Source: a virus (taxonomy: Duplodnaviria > Heunggongvirae > Uroviricota > Caudoviricetes). From it: a stretch of 49,477 nt of DNA. The notes under the pieces are model-generated. The model did not search any database. It saw only the letters and a list, made by a program, of their open reading frames with translations, and was not told where the DNA came from. Positions 18,606-28,380 of this stretch are shown one piece after another; within the stretch, counting starts at the first letter, position 1; every line of letters starts with the position of its first letter. The stretch lies in IMG/VR virus record IMGVR_UViG_2703718798_000005, one strand, 5' to 3'. A program made the translations under genes and the position numbers.

Positions 18606-20194
18606 TGGGACGTATAATTGATCTTGACGGAAAACCTTTCTCCTTTGACCCGGAGATGCAGAGCGCCGCGCTGGATATTCCGCAGATTGCCAGCCGTTAT
18701 ATTGAACATCCGGCCTCGGGTATCACCCCGAACCGGGCGGCACAGTGCCTTCGCGGGGCTGAACGTGGCGATCTGATTGCCCAGTCCGATCTGGCCGCTG
18801 ACATTGAAGAAAAGGATACCCACCTTTTTGCAGAGCTGGGCAAGCGACGCCTTGCCATTCAGGGGGTGCTCTGGAGTATTGAGCCGCCACCGAACGCCAA
18901 CGCGAATGAGAAAAAGGACGCGGAAATGCTCGACGAATATCTTCATTCCGCCGACTGGTTTGATGCCATGCTGTTTGATGCCACCGATGCCATCCTGAAG
19001 GGCTATTCCTGTATGGAGATTGAGCACGGGATGCTCGGTAAAATGCACATCATCCGCGCCATCCGCTGGCGTGACAGCGGGCATTTCTGCCTTAACCCGG
19101 ATGATTTGAGCGAACTGCGGCTGCGTGACGGCAGCCATGCCGGGGTGGCGTTTCAGCCCTTTGGCTGGATAGTGCATCAGTCACGTTCACGCACCGGTTA
19201 CGGCGGCACGACGGGGCTTGTCAGAACGCTTATCTGGCCGTTCATTTTCAAAAACTATTCCGTGCGCGATCTGGCTGAATTTCTGGAGGTGTACGGCCTG
19301 CCGATGAAGGTCGGTAAATACCCGTCCGGGGCAACGCCGGAGCAGAAAAGCGCCCTGATGCGGGCGGTGATGGATATCGGGCGACGTACAGGCGGGATCA
19401 TCCCGGCCGGGATGTCGCTGGAGTTTCAGGCAGCCGCGAACGGTCAGGCCGATCCGTTTGAAACCATGATTTCGTGGGGGGAGCGTTCCATCTCCAAAGC
19501 TATCCTCGGCGGCACGCTGACCACGGAAGCCGGAGACAAGGGCGCACGTTCGCTGGGTGAAGTGCATAACGAGGTGCGCCGGGAAATCAGGGATTCTGAT
19601 TTACGCCAGCTGGCCGCCACGCTGAACCGCGATCTGGTGTATCCGCTGTATGCCCTGAACACCGCCCACGCCATTGATATCCGTCGCCTGCCGCGTATCT
19701 GTTTCCAGACAAAAGAGCCGGGGGATATCACCAAAATCACCAGTGCGGTGATGCAGCTCAGTACGGGGATGGATATTTCTGATCCCTGGATAAGGGAGCA
19801 GACCGGTATTCCGCAGCCCACGCCCGGTGAAGCCATCTTCCGTGTCCGTCAGAGTGGCAATGAACCTGCTCAGACAGACAAAGAGATGCCACCGGAAAAA
19901 CAGGAGAAGACAGAGCAGACAGCGCTGGCTGCCAGACTGCCGGAAGCGAAAAGCAGCCCCCGTGATGAACTGGACGACATGGGGGATGCGGTGCCTGCCC
20001 GCCGGTTACAGGAGGCCATCGACCCGGTACTGGAGCCGGTCATTGATGCCATCAGAACGCGGGGGCTGGCGGAGGCACTGGCAGACCTGCCCGCCCTTTA
20101 CCGTGAAATGGATGATTCCCGCCTGATGACGCTGCTCAGTGATGCCATGTTTGCTGCGGAAATGAAGGGGATGCTGGATGGCACAGGGGATTGA
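18596..20194 (+). CDS. Portal protein (Mu gp29-like, DUF935)
   Basis: 532 aa following the terminase; acidic C-terminus. Confidence 0.75.
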   Translation: MLVVGRIIDLDGKPFSFDPEMQSAALDIPQIASRYIEHPASGITPNRAAQCLRGAERGDLIAQSDLAADIEEKDTHLFAELGKRRLAIQGVLWSIEPPPNANANEKKDAEMLDEYLHSADWFDAMLFDATDAILKGYSCMEIEHGMLGKMHIIRAIRWRDSGHFCLNPDDLSELRLRDGSHAGVAFQPFGWIVHQSRSRTGYGGTTGLVRTLIWPFIFKNYSVRDLAEFLEVYGLPMKVGKYPSGATPEQKSALMRAVMDIGRRTGGIIPAGMSLEFQAAANGQADPFETMISWGERSISKAILGGTLTTEAGDKGARSLGEVHNEVRREIRDSDLRQLAATLNRDLVYPLYALNTAHAIDIRRLPRICFQTKEPGDITKITSAVMQLSTGMDISDPWIREQTGIPQPTPGEAIFRVRQSGNEPAQTDKEMPPEKQEKTEQTALAARLPEAKSSPRDELDDMGDAVPARRLQEAIDPVLEPVIDAIRTRGLAEALADLPALYREMDDSRLMTLLSDAMFAAEMKGMLDGTGD

Positions 20195-21509
20195 TTTAGG
20201 TTATGCCGCCACCCTTCCCTCAAAAGAGGCGGTGGCATACTTCCGCGCCAAAGGGGTGCATATCAGCTGGAACTGGTTCGAAACAGACGCGGATGTTCAT
20301 GCCCGTTCATTCACGGCGGCAAGAGTGGCACGCCTGGACGTACTGACCACACTACAGGCGGAAGTGCAGCGTGCTGTTGATGAGGGGATTTCACAGAAAG
20401 CATTTATCAGCACGCTGACACCCCGCCTGCAAAAGCTGGGATGGTGGGGAAAACAGATTGTGGTGGACAGCGCCGGTAACGCAGAAGAAGTGCAGCTGGG
20501 CAGTCCCCGCCGTCTGGCGCTGATTTACAACGTGAATACCCGTGTGGCTTACAATGCCGGGCGTTACACGCAGATGATGAACAACACGGACACGCATCCG
20601 TTCTGGCAGTATGTGGCGGTGATGGACAGCCGCACCCGCCCGGCGCATTCCGCTCTTAACGGTCTGGTATTCCGCTATGACGATCCGTTCTGGAATACAC
20701 ACTACCCACCCAATGGCTGGAACTGTCGCTGCCGTGTCCGGCCATTGTCTCAGGTCCGTCTGGATGCAATGGGGTTATCCGTTTCATCCGGTCAGGATCA
20801 TCTCTCCACCCGCAATGTTGAGGCTGGCGTGGATAAGCAGACCGGGGAAGTCAGAGAAATGCCGGTGACCACATATTCAGATGGCACCAGAACCATGACA
20901 CCGGATGTGGGCTGGTCATATAACCCCGGTTCGGCGGCGTTCGGCACAGACCAGGCGCTGATCCGTAAACTGATCGAGGTGAAAAGCCCGGCGCTGCGGG
21001 AAATGGTGGTTCAGGAGATGAACAACAGCCCGGAGCGGCAGCTGGCGTTCCGCATCTGGGCAAAAAACATCATGAAAACCCGGCGAGGCGGTAACGATAT
21101 CCGCACGCTGGGCTTTATGACCGAAAGCATTGCGCAGGCGGTGGAAAGCCGGACGGGAACGCCACCGGCCCGCCTGCTGGCGATGAGCGGTAAAAATGTG
21201 CTCCATGCGGACAGCATGAAACATCAGAATGACGGTATCGCCCTGACGCCGGAGGATTTCGGGCGCTTACCGGCAATGCTGGCAAGGCCAAAAGCGGTAC
21301 TGTGGGACAAACGGCACAACAATCTGATGTATATCGTGGAAAATCAGGATGGCAGTGTGCAGATTGCCGTTAATGCACCGTACAGCCTGAAGCGTCAGCC
21401 GGATAAACTGGATGTGATTGTTAATGCTTACCGGGTTATCAATATGGATAAGCTGAAATCGGATATCCGGGGCGGAATGCTTGAGGTACTGGAAGGAGAT
21501 ATTGATTAA
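20178..21509 (+). CDS. Mu F-like head morphogenesis protein
   Basis: 443 aa; PFWQYVAVMDSRTRPAHSALNGLVF ... NGWNCRCRV matches the Phage Mu F family as recalled. Confidence 0.8.
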   Translation: MAQGIDLGYAATLPSKEAVAYFRAKGVHISWNWFETDADVHARSFTAARVARLDVLTTLQAEVQRAVDEGISQKAFISTLTPRLQKLGWWGKQIVVDSAGNAEEVQLGSPRRLALIYNVNTRVAYNAGRYTQMMNNTDTHPFWQYVAVMDSRTRPAHSALNGLVFRYDDPFWNTHYPPNGWNCRCRVRPLSQVRLDAMGLSVSSGQDHLSTRNVEAGVDKQTGEVREMPVTTYSDGTRTMTPDVGWSYNPGSAAFGTDQALIRKLIEVKSPALREMVVQEMNNSPERQLAFRIWAKNIMKTRRGGNDIRTLGFMTESIAQAVESRTGTPPARLLAMSGKNVLHADSMKHQNDGIALTPEDFGRLPAMLARPKAVLWDKRHNNLMYIVENQDGSVQIAVNAPYSLKRQPDKLDVIVNAYRVINMDKLKSDIRGGMLEVLEGDID

Positions 21510-21630
21510 CGGTCAGTGGCGGGGGTCGAACCCGCATACATGATCCACCCGGAGGCAGGCACCGACTTTACCAGTTAAGCGTACACTGACCGCCTGTTTA
21601 TTTTATATTCATCCTTTATGCGGAGGCAAT

Positions 21631-22104
21631 ATGTCATCCATTGATGCCGCTGTCGTTGTTGACGTTACGCGTCTCCAGCGGGTCTTTGCCCGGCTTCAGT
21701 TTGTGGGTGGCGGGAAAGGCCTGGCCCGCAGTGTGGCGTCCAGCCTTCTGTCATCGTCAGAAATGGCGTTTGAACAGGAAAAAGAGCCGGACGGCGAACG
21801 CTGGCATGACTGGTCAGATCCTTACCGCAAGTGGCGTACCCGTAAGGGATACATGCCCGGCAAAATCCTGACACTGAACGGCGATCTGGCCCGACGCCTG
21901 ACCACGGATTATGGCGACACCTGGGCGCTGATTGGATCAAATGAGCCTTATGCGGCCATTCATCAGTGGGGTGGCCTGCCCGGTATGCCGCCGGGACCGG
22001 CGGCCATTGGTGCACGTCCGTATATGGGCTTTGATCAGGTGGCAGAGCAGGAGATCATGGACGAAATCAGAAAACGCTTTAAAAAGGCCACAGAAACGCC
22101 TTAA
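21631..22104 (+). CDS. Mu G-like virion morphogenesis protein
   Basis: 157 aa; position between F and I. Confidence 0.65.
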   Translation: MSSIDAAVVVDVTRLQRVFARLQFVGGGKGLARSVASSLLSSSEMAFEQEKEPDGERWHDWSDPYRKWRTRKGYMPGKILTLNGDLARRLTTDYGDTWALIGSNEPYAAIHQWGGLPGMPPGPAAIGARPYMGFDQVAEQEIMDEIRKRFKKATETP

Positions 22105-22280
22105 TTGTTTAAGGTATGCAAATGCATTACCTTACCCCCTTCAGGCGCGTGTCGTGATTTTCTAACCTGAATTTAACGGGCTTTAAAATCTGCGTGAAGC
22201 GCCTTTGTATTTTTCCCCTGAAAGCACTTCCTGAAATCCCGCAAAACCCGCCCTGAAAATTCCCGGCCTATGCTGCCGGA
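22105..22280. promoter_or_regulatory. Central G-I intergenic region: candidate late promoter and possible gyrase-site-like element
   Basis: 176 bp non-coding gap in an otherwise tightly packed late region; CCTGAA(A) at about 22166, 22217, 22230, 22252; imperfect palindrome AAGGTATGCAAATGCATTACCTT at about 22110. Confidence 0.35.
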
Positions 22281-23405
22281 ATGAAGACGAAAAACACGCC
22301 CAAACTTGCTTATGCCATTCTGAATGCCATCAGCCTGTCCGCAGACGGGGACGGTGACTGGTGTCAGATCATGCCAGCCGGTCGGGTAAAGGCCCGTGAC
22401 GGTCGCCCGGAAAAACCGGCCGAGGGCTGGCTGATCAACCATGCAGCCGTTGAGCGCATGGTCTCCCGTGTTGTGGCGCTCAATCAGCCGGTGAAAATTG
22501 ACTACAACCACCAGACCCTGATTGAGGGACATCCGGCACCGGCTGCCGGTTTTGTGATGGCCTCACCGGAGAATTTTCGCTTCAGTGAAGAGCGAGGTTT
22601 CGAGGTGCGCCCGAAGTGGAACCCTCCGGCCCTTGAACATCTGCGTAATAACGAATTCCCCTGGTTTTCACCGGTGATTGGCTATGACGAGAGCACCGGC
22701 GAACCTGTCGAACTTCGGATGCTGGCTATTACCGGTGACCCCGGTCTGACCGGCATGAATCCTGTCGCCGCACTGTCGGCGGATGACCTTTATAACGCCT
22801 TAAACCCTCCTTTAAAGGATACCTCCATGAATGAGCAATTACGCCAGTTGCTGACGGCGCTCGGTCTGACCGTGGCTGACGGTGACGAATTTACGCCGGA
22901 GCTGGGCACGGCAGCGCTGTCTGCCCTCACCGGGATCAAAACCCGTGCGGATGCACACGACAACCTGAAAACACAGGTCGCCAGTCTGTCGGCAGAGCTG
23001 GAAACTGCAAAAGGCACACCGGCTGGCGGCAGTATTGACCTGACGAAATACGTGCCCGTTGAAACGTATAACGCCCTGCGTACCGAATACGTTGCGCTGT
23101 CGGCGCAGCACGGCAGCACCACGCTGGAGCAGTTGCTGGACAAGGCCGAGTCCGAAGGACGCATCTTCAAAAGTGAACGCGGCTATCTGGAACAACTGGG
23201 CGGGCAGATTGGCGTGGCGGCACTCTCTGCACAGCTTGACGCCCGCCAGCCGGTTGCGGCCCTGACCGGCCTTCAGACCGACACCGTGACCGTGCCGGAT
23301 AAAAAGACTGCCACCGCTGTGCTGTCGGCTGAAGATATCGCGGCCGCCAAACTGCTGGGTAAAACCGAAGCCGAGTTCCTGAAAATGAAAGAGGAAATGC
23401 AATAA
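22281..23405 (+). CDS. Mu I-like head protease/scaffold protein
   Basis: 374 aa; position upstream of the major head gene; Ala/Leu-rich scaffold-like C-terminal half. Confidence 0.7.
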   Translation: MKTKNTPKLAYAILNAISLSADGDGDWCQIMPAGRVKARDGRPEKPAEGWLINHAAVERMVSRVVALNQPVKIDYNHQTLIEGHPAPAAGFVMASPENFRFSEERGFEVRPKWNPPALEHLRNNEFPWFSPVIGYDESTGEPVELRMLAITGDPGLTGMNPVAALSADDLYNALNPPLKDTSMNEQLRQLLTALGLTVADGDEFTPELGTAALSALTGIKTRADAHDNLKTQVASLSAELETAKGTPAGGSIDLTKYVPVETYNALRTEYVALSAQHGSTTLEQLLDKAESEGRIFKSERGYLEQLGGQIGVAALSAQLDARQPVAALTGLQTDTVTVPDKKTATAVLSAEDIAAAKLLGKTEAEFLKMKEEMQ

Positions 23406-24352
23406 TGCCTACCCCGATTACACCGGCGATGATCACCGCCCTGATGACGGGCTACCGTTCTGATTTTCAGGCCGGGATGTCCATGGCCCCGTCGCAGTAC
23501 AAAAAAATTGCGATGACCGTGCCCTCCACATCGAAATCCAACACCTACGGCTGGCTGGGGCAGTTCCCGCAGTTCCGTGAGTGGATCGGCTCCCGCGTCA
23601 TCGAGAAGATGAAGGCCTATGGCTATGCCATCGTGAACAAAACCTTTGAAGGCACCGTCGCCATTAACCGCGATGACTTCGAAGACGATAACCTCGGTAT
23701 TTATTCCCCGTTGTTCCAGGAGATGGGGCGCGCTGCTGCGGCACAACCGGATGAACTGGTCTTTGCTGCTCTTCGTGACGGGATTAATGCGGCCTGCTAT
23801 GACGGCCAGAACTTCTTTGATACCGAACATCCTGTTTACCCCAAAGTGGATGGCTCCGGGGATGCGCAGATGGTCAGCAATATGTTTGTGGCAAAAACCG
23901 GCTCTGTCGGTGCACAGGCGGATTACAGCGGTCCTGCCTGGTATCTGCTCGACTGTTCACGCGCAATCAAACCGCTGATTTATCAGGATCGCCGTAAGGC
24001 TGAACTGGTTGCCCAGACCAAAGTCGATGAAGGTCGCGCATTCACCGATAACGAATTTGTGTTCGGTGCTTCCGCCCGTCGCAATGTGGGCTACGGCTTC
24101 TGGCAGATGGCCTACATGATGCAGTCACCGCTGACGCTGGATGCACTGTGGCACGGCTGGTCAGCCATGCGCGAATTTACCGCTGACGGTGGCCGCAAAC
24201 TCGGCATCAAACCCACCTGTATTGTTGTCCCCACCTCGCTGGAAAAACAGGCGGTGCAGCTGCTGGAGCGTGAACTGTTCGCAGACGGAAACGCAACCGT
24301 CTCTAACGAGATGAAGGGCAAGCTGGAGCTGGTTGTCGCGGATTATCTGTAA
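23405..24352 (+). CDS. Major head subunit (Mu T-like)
   Basis: 315 aa; position and size. Confidence 0.75.
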   Translation: MPTPITPAMITALMTGYRSDFQAGMSMAPSQYKKIAMTVPSTSKSNTYGWLGQFPQFREWIGSRVIEKMKAYGYAIVNKTFEGTVAINRDDFEDDNLGIYSPLFQEMGRAAAAQPDELVFAALRDGINAACYDGQNFFDTEHPVYPKVDGSGDAQMVSNMFVAKTGSVGAQADYSGPAWYLLDCSRAIKPLIYQDRRKAELVAQTKVDEGRAFTDNEFVFGASARRNVGYGFWQMAYMMQSPLTLDALWHGWSAMREFTADGGRKLGIKPTCIVVPTSLEKQAVQLLERELFADGNATVSNEMKGKLELVVADYL

Positions 24353-24395
24353 ACGGTGAGCCGGGTTTACGGCCCGGCCCCTGCGGAGGGCAAAT

Positions 24396-24800
24396 ATGAA
24401 TGAACATCACACTGTGGCAGCAACAGATGATTCAGGTCTTCAGGTCAGTGGTGACAATTCTGTCACGGTGCTGGCAGAAGTGCGTTGCAGTCGTTCGGCG
24501 TTTCGTCGTGCGGGGTTCCTGTTCACGCGTGGACGTCAGCAGGTTGAGGTCACCCCGGAGCAGCTTGCCCGACTGGAGGCGGAGCCATGCCTCACTGTGC
24601 GAATACTACAGACGTCTGCTGATGATGCGGGGAGCGTGGCGGGTGTGGTTCATGCAGTGGCCGGTACAGATTTAGCCGAAGCCGAAGCCGAAGCCGAAGC
24701 CGAAGCCGAAGCCGAAGCCGAAGCCGAAGCCGAAGCCGAAGCCGGACAGGATGCTCCCTGGAAAAAGACCGGTAACAAAGCGAAACAGGCCCGTGCATGA
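24396..24800 (+). CDS. Hypothetical head-region protein containing an (Ala-Glu)11 tract
   Basis: 134 aa ORF with RBS GGAGGG; contains an in-frame hexanucleotide repeat. Confidence 0.55.
   Translation: MNEHHTVAATDDSGLQVSGDNSVTVLAEVRCSRSAFRRAGFLFTRGRQQVEVTPEQLARLEAEPCLTVRILQTSADDAGSVAGVVHAVAGTDLAEAEAEAEAEAEAEAEAEAEAEAGQDAPWKKTGNKAKQARA
24675..24740 (+). repeat. Perfect tandem hexanucleotide repeat (GCCGAA)x11
   Basis: Read directly: 11 uninterrupted GCCGAA units followed by GCCG; encodes AEAEAE... Confidence 0.9.
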
Positions 24801-25216
24801 ATTACGCCACTGAAACCGATATGCGGGCGCGTTACCGCGAGGATTTGCTCAGGCCGTTACTGGCTGTGCCCCGTTCGGATGAGCCGGATACGCGCAAGCT
24901 GAACCGGGCGCTGACAGATGCGTCAGCCCTTATCGACAGCTATCTGTCCGCCCGTTACACGCTGCCGCTGGAGGTTATTCCGGCCGTTCTTGTTCAGCAC
25001 TGTTGCGCGATTGCCTTTTATTACCTGTGCGATCAGCGAGCCTCAGATCAGGCGCGTGACCGTTACCGTGAGGCGCTGGCCTGGCTGAAAGATGTCATGA
25101 ACGGCAATGTGCCGGTAGGTGTGGATACGAACGGAGCGGCCCCTGAATCCGGGGATTTACCACAGGTTCAGTCTGATGCAGCGGTATTCGGGCGCAACCA
25201 GAAGGGCTTCATATGA
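24797..25216 (+). CDS. Mu gp36-like protein (DUF1320-like), putative head-tail joining
   Basis: 139 aa; position after the major head gene. Confidence 0.5.
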   Translation: MNYATETDMRARYREDLLRPLLAVPRSDEPDTRKLNRALTDASALIDSYLSARYTLPLEVIPAVLVQHCCAIAFYYLCDQRASDQARDRYREALAWLKDVMNGNVPVGVDTNGAAPESGDLPQVQSDAAVFGRNQKGFI

Positions 25217-25773
25217 TTACGGAAACCGAACAGGCATACATCGCCCGTATCCGTGAGTATTTCGGGAATGAACTGGTGTCTGTTGACACGCATCCCGGCG
25301 ACTGGAACGACAGCGTACTGCGCACCATGCTGATTAACGCCCCGGCGATCTACGTTGCCTGGCTGGGTGCCGGTGAAGGCCGTACCCGTGGTCGCCTGGT
25401 CAGTCACTGGGTGTTCTACGTCATCGGCGACATGCTCAACGGGCGTGAGGCCAGCCGTCCCGGATTGTATCAGATTGTGGCCCGGCTGATTGCCGTGCTT
25501 AACGGCTTCAGAACAGAAAAAACCTCACCGCTTTACTTTGAAAAGGCGGTCAACGGTTACACCGAAACCCAGGCGGACAGTGGTGCGGTGATGTATGCGC
25601 TTTATTTCTCCTGCGAGGAAATGATCGCACCGCTGACCGATATCAGCTCGCTGGACGACTTCCTGCGTCATTACGAAACCTTTGTGGAGCCGCCCGGTAC
25701 GCCGCCGTTTGAGGCACATATTGATTTGCCGGGGAACACGACAACGGCGGTCGAACCGCCGGAGGAACTGTAA
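25213..25773 (+). CDS. Mu gp37-like protein (DUF1834-like)
   Basis: 186 aa; position. Confidence 0.5.
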   Translation: MITETEQAYIARIREYFGNELVSVDTHPGDWNDSVLRTMLINAPAIYVAWLGAGEGRTRGRLVSHWVFYVIGDMLNGREASRPGLYQIVARLIAVLNGFRTEKTSPLYFEKAVNGYTETQADSGAVMYALYFSCEEMIAPLTDISSLDDFLRHYETFVEPPGTPPFEAHIDLPGNTTTAVEPPEEL

Positions 25774-26019
25774 ATGAAAACCATCTTTATCAAACCCGCG
25801 CCGGGACGCCTGATTCGTGATCCCGACACAATGCGCCCGCTGGCACAGGAGGGGGAGGAAAAGCCCTTTACGCCGTTCTGGTGTCGGCGTCTTGATGACG
25901 GCGATGTCATTCAGGCTGAAAAAGCCGCTGAAGAGGCTCCGGCTGTATCTGCGGATGCAACGACTGCGACAGAAAAACCGGTCGCCCAACCGGCATCCGA
26001 TAAGGAGAAACCGCAATGA
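25774..26019 (+). CDS. Hypothetical protein (Mu gp38 position)
   Basis: 81 aa ORF immediately upstream of the sheath gene. Confidence 0.45.
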   Translation: MKTIFIKPAPGRLIRDPDTMRPLAQEGEEKPFTPFWCRRLDDGDVIQAEKAAEEAPAVSADATTATEKPVAQPASDKEKPQ

Positions 26020-27515
26020 TTAATTTTGACGGGATCGGTAATGACCGCCGTATACCGCTGATTGAGGTTGAGTTTAATAACTCCATGGCTGTCACCGGCA
26101 CTCCGGCACAGCGTCAGTGTGTGCTGCTGTTTGGTCAGGCGAGAATGAAAGAGAATGCCGTGGACGGTGCCGGTGTTCTGGATGTTCCGGTCAGGATCAC
26201 CCGTGCGTCTCAGGCAACAGAATTCTGGGGGCGCGGCTCCATGATTGCCCTGATGGTGGCGGAATTTATCGCCATCAATCCTGATGCTGAACTGTATGCC
26301 ATTGCTCAGGGGAGCGGCACCGGTCAGGCTCAGGCATGTCTCATGAATATAATTGGCACCGCCTCTCAGGATGGTGTTCTGCACATTTATATCGGCGGTC
26401 GGCGTTATCTGCTGGCTGTCACGAAGGGGCAGAAAGGTAAGGAGCTTATTGACGCTCTGGTCTCTGTTATTAATGCCGATGCTGATGCGCCCTTCAGTGC
26501 TTATGCAGGTCAGGTAGCAGATAACGCCAGCGGACTCAAGGGAAGTATGGGAATTAATGCCCGTTTTACCGGTGAATGTTCCGTACATGATATCCGTGTT
26601 AATTATCATGACGGAGAAACCACACCGGGTGGACTGACCATTGAACTTGGGTATCCCAAAACAAAAGCCACTAACCCGGATATCACCCGAAGCGTGGCGG
26701 GTATGGGCGATCGCCAGTACAACTATGTCGTCATGCCCTATAAGGATGATGCAAACCTGAAAATCATCAGTGATGAGCTTCTGAAACGCTGGGGACCGGC
26801 CAAAATGTCTGACGGTGTGCTGTGGATGGCGCATACCGGCACGTTTGGTGAGGTGCAGGCATTCGGGGCAAAACGCAATGATTTTCTGGCGACCTGCACA
26901 TTCATTCCCAAAGCCCCTGAACCGGATTACCTCTGGGCAGCGGCGGTCTGCGCCACCTGTGCGCCGTCTCTGGGGGCAGATCCTGCGCGTCCGCTTCAGA
27001 CGCTGGCGCTTCCGTCACGCATGGCCCCGGCCCCGGCCGATCGTCTGACGCGTGAAGAGCGTAACAGTCTGCTGTGGGGAGGGATTGCCACGGTCAGTGT
27101 GGCTGCCGGTGATGTGGTTCAGATCGAACGTCAGGTGACCATGTATCGCCAGAACGTGTACGGCGAAAGTGATCCCAGCTATCTGGATGTGGAAACCATC
27201 TACACCCTCTCCTGGCTGCGTTATTCCCTGCGTACTTTTATCACACAACGTTTTCCGCGCCATAAACTGGCTGATGACGGGACGCCCGTTCGTGCCGGTC
27301 AGAATATCGTGACGCCGGAGATCATGAAGCTTCAGTTAATTTCGCTGGGTGAAGAGTGGGTGGAACTCGGGCTGGTCGAAAATCTGGACACCTTTAAAAA
27401 GAATCTGCTTGTGGAGCGTAATGCGTCAGATCGAAACCGTCTTGACGTGTTATGCACGCCGGATCTGGTTAACCAGTTCCGCTTCCTGGCAGCACAGATC
27501 CGTTTCATTTTGTGA
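26016..27515 (+). CDS. Contractile tail sheath protein
   Basis: 499 aa; size and position upstream of tube and tape measure. Confidence 0.8.
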   Translation: MINFDGIGNDRRIPLIEVEFNNSMAVTGTPAQRQCVLLFGQARMKENAVDGAGVLDVPVRITRASQATEFWGRGSMIALMVAEFIAINPDAELYAIAQGSGTGQAQACLMNIIGTASQDGVLHIYIGGRRYLLAVTKGQKGKELIDALVSVINADADAPFSAYAGQVADNASGLKGSMGINARFTGECSVHDIRVNYHDGETTPGGLTIELGYPKTKATNPDITRSVAGMGDRQYNYVVMPYKDDANLKIISDELLKRWGPAKMSDGVLWMAHTGTFGEVQAFGAKRNDFLATCTFIPKAPEPDYLWAAAVCATCAPSLGADPARPLQTLALPSRMAPAPADRLTREERNSLLWGGIATVSVAAGDVVQIERQVTMYRQNVYGESDPSYLDVETIYTLSWLRYSLRTFITQRFPRHKLADDGTPVRAGQNIVTPEIMKLQLISLGEEWVELGLVENLDTFKKNLLVERNASDRNRLDVLCTPDLVNQFRFLAAQIRFIL

Positions 27516-27523
27516 GGTAAGGC

Positions 27524-27889
27524 ATGAGCGGAAAACAGTATCAGGGCACGGCCACTATCCGTGTGAACGGTCAGGAATACGAGACGCTTGAGGGGGCTAC
27601 ATTTTCTCCGTCAGGTTTTGAACGTGAAGTGGTGAAAGGCGCGAAAGTCTATGGTTACCGCCAGAAACCACGTGAAGCGACACTGGACTGCAAATTTCCG
27701 GCAGGCGGAGAAGGTTCACCAGCCGCCGATGAAATCAACAACTGGACTGCTGTCACTATCGAGTTTGTGGCGGATACCGGCGAAGTCCACATGATGACGA
27801 AGGCCTGGAGCAGTGAACCGGCCTCGCTTGACGGTGGCGGGGAGATCTCCGTGAAGTTCGCCAGCGCCACCAGTACCCGTGTTCAGTGA
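27524..27889 (+). CDS. Tail tube protein
   Basis: 121 aa following the sheath gene. Confidence 0.75.
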   Translation: MSGKQYQGTATIRVNGQEYETLEGATFSPSGFEREVVKGAKVYGYRQKPREATLDCKFPAGGEGSPAADEINNWTAVTIEFVADTGEVHMMTKAWSSEPASLDGGGEISVKFASATSTRVQ

Positions 27890-27903
27890 TCAGGAAAAAT
27901 AAA

Positions 27904-28380
27904 ATGACCACACGTAAGAAAAAAACGGCAGTTTCCGAGGCAGCCGTGATGGAGGCAATCCGGGAAGCACTTGAGGGGGCTGATCCACGCACTGCCGGGC
28001 TGACAGAGCAACTGGCAAAGGGATATGTGGATCTGCTTGATGGTCTGCCGTTTGGTGAGACCCGTGAATATCGTGTCACGTTCCGGGAACTGACAGCGAA
28101 AGACAGTATTGACGCAGAAGCAGAAGCCGAGCGCGTGGTGGAGACAAACAATGGCCCGATGCTGATAGCGTCTCCGTCGTTACGCGGTGTTGCACTGCTG
28201 CGCCGTCAGATTGCCGCAGTGGGAGACATTGAAGGTCCGTTGTCACCCCGTCAGATTGGACAGTTAAGCGAGCGCGATCTCTCCCGCCTGATGGCAGCGG
28301 TCAGCCTGCTGGATACCGCGCTTGCCGGAAAGCTGGCAGCTGACCGGGGGCGATCAGGCGCAGTGTCGGGATCAGATTGA
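27904..28380 (+). CDS. Tail assembly chaperone, putative (possible frameshift extension to 28504)
   Basis: Start moved to ATG 27904 (RBS AGGA); lies between tube and tape measure genes; the neighbouring frame is open from about 28292 to 28504. Confidence 0.5.
   Translation: MTTRKKKTAVSEAAVMEAIREALEGADPRTAGLTEQLAKGYVDLLDGLPFGETREYRVTFRELTAKDSIDAEAEAERVVETNNGPMLIASPSLRGVALLRRQIAAVGDIEGPLSPRQIGQLSERDLSRLMAAVSLLDTALAGKLAADRGRSGAVSGSD

Noticed and set aside
21510-21594. Possible tRNA gene
   Set aside because: Acceptor- and T-arm-like pairings exist but D and anticodon arms cannot be folded; kept only as a low-interest finding.
22839-23402. 187 aa minus-strand ORF inside the I-like gene
   Set aside because: Antisense within the late operon; no supporting signals.
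24675-24740. Tandem repeat considered as a possible CRISPR-like or minisatellite array
   Set aside because: 6-bp unit without spacers, entirely inside a coding frame; a coding simple-sequence repeat, not CRISPR.
24592-24798. Minus-strand ORF encoding an (LR)n tract
   Set aside because: Mirror image of the (GCCGAA)11 repeat; the plus-strand ORF has an RBS and operon context.
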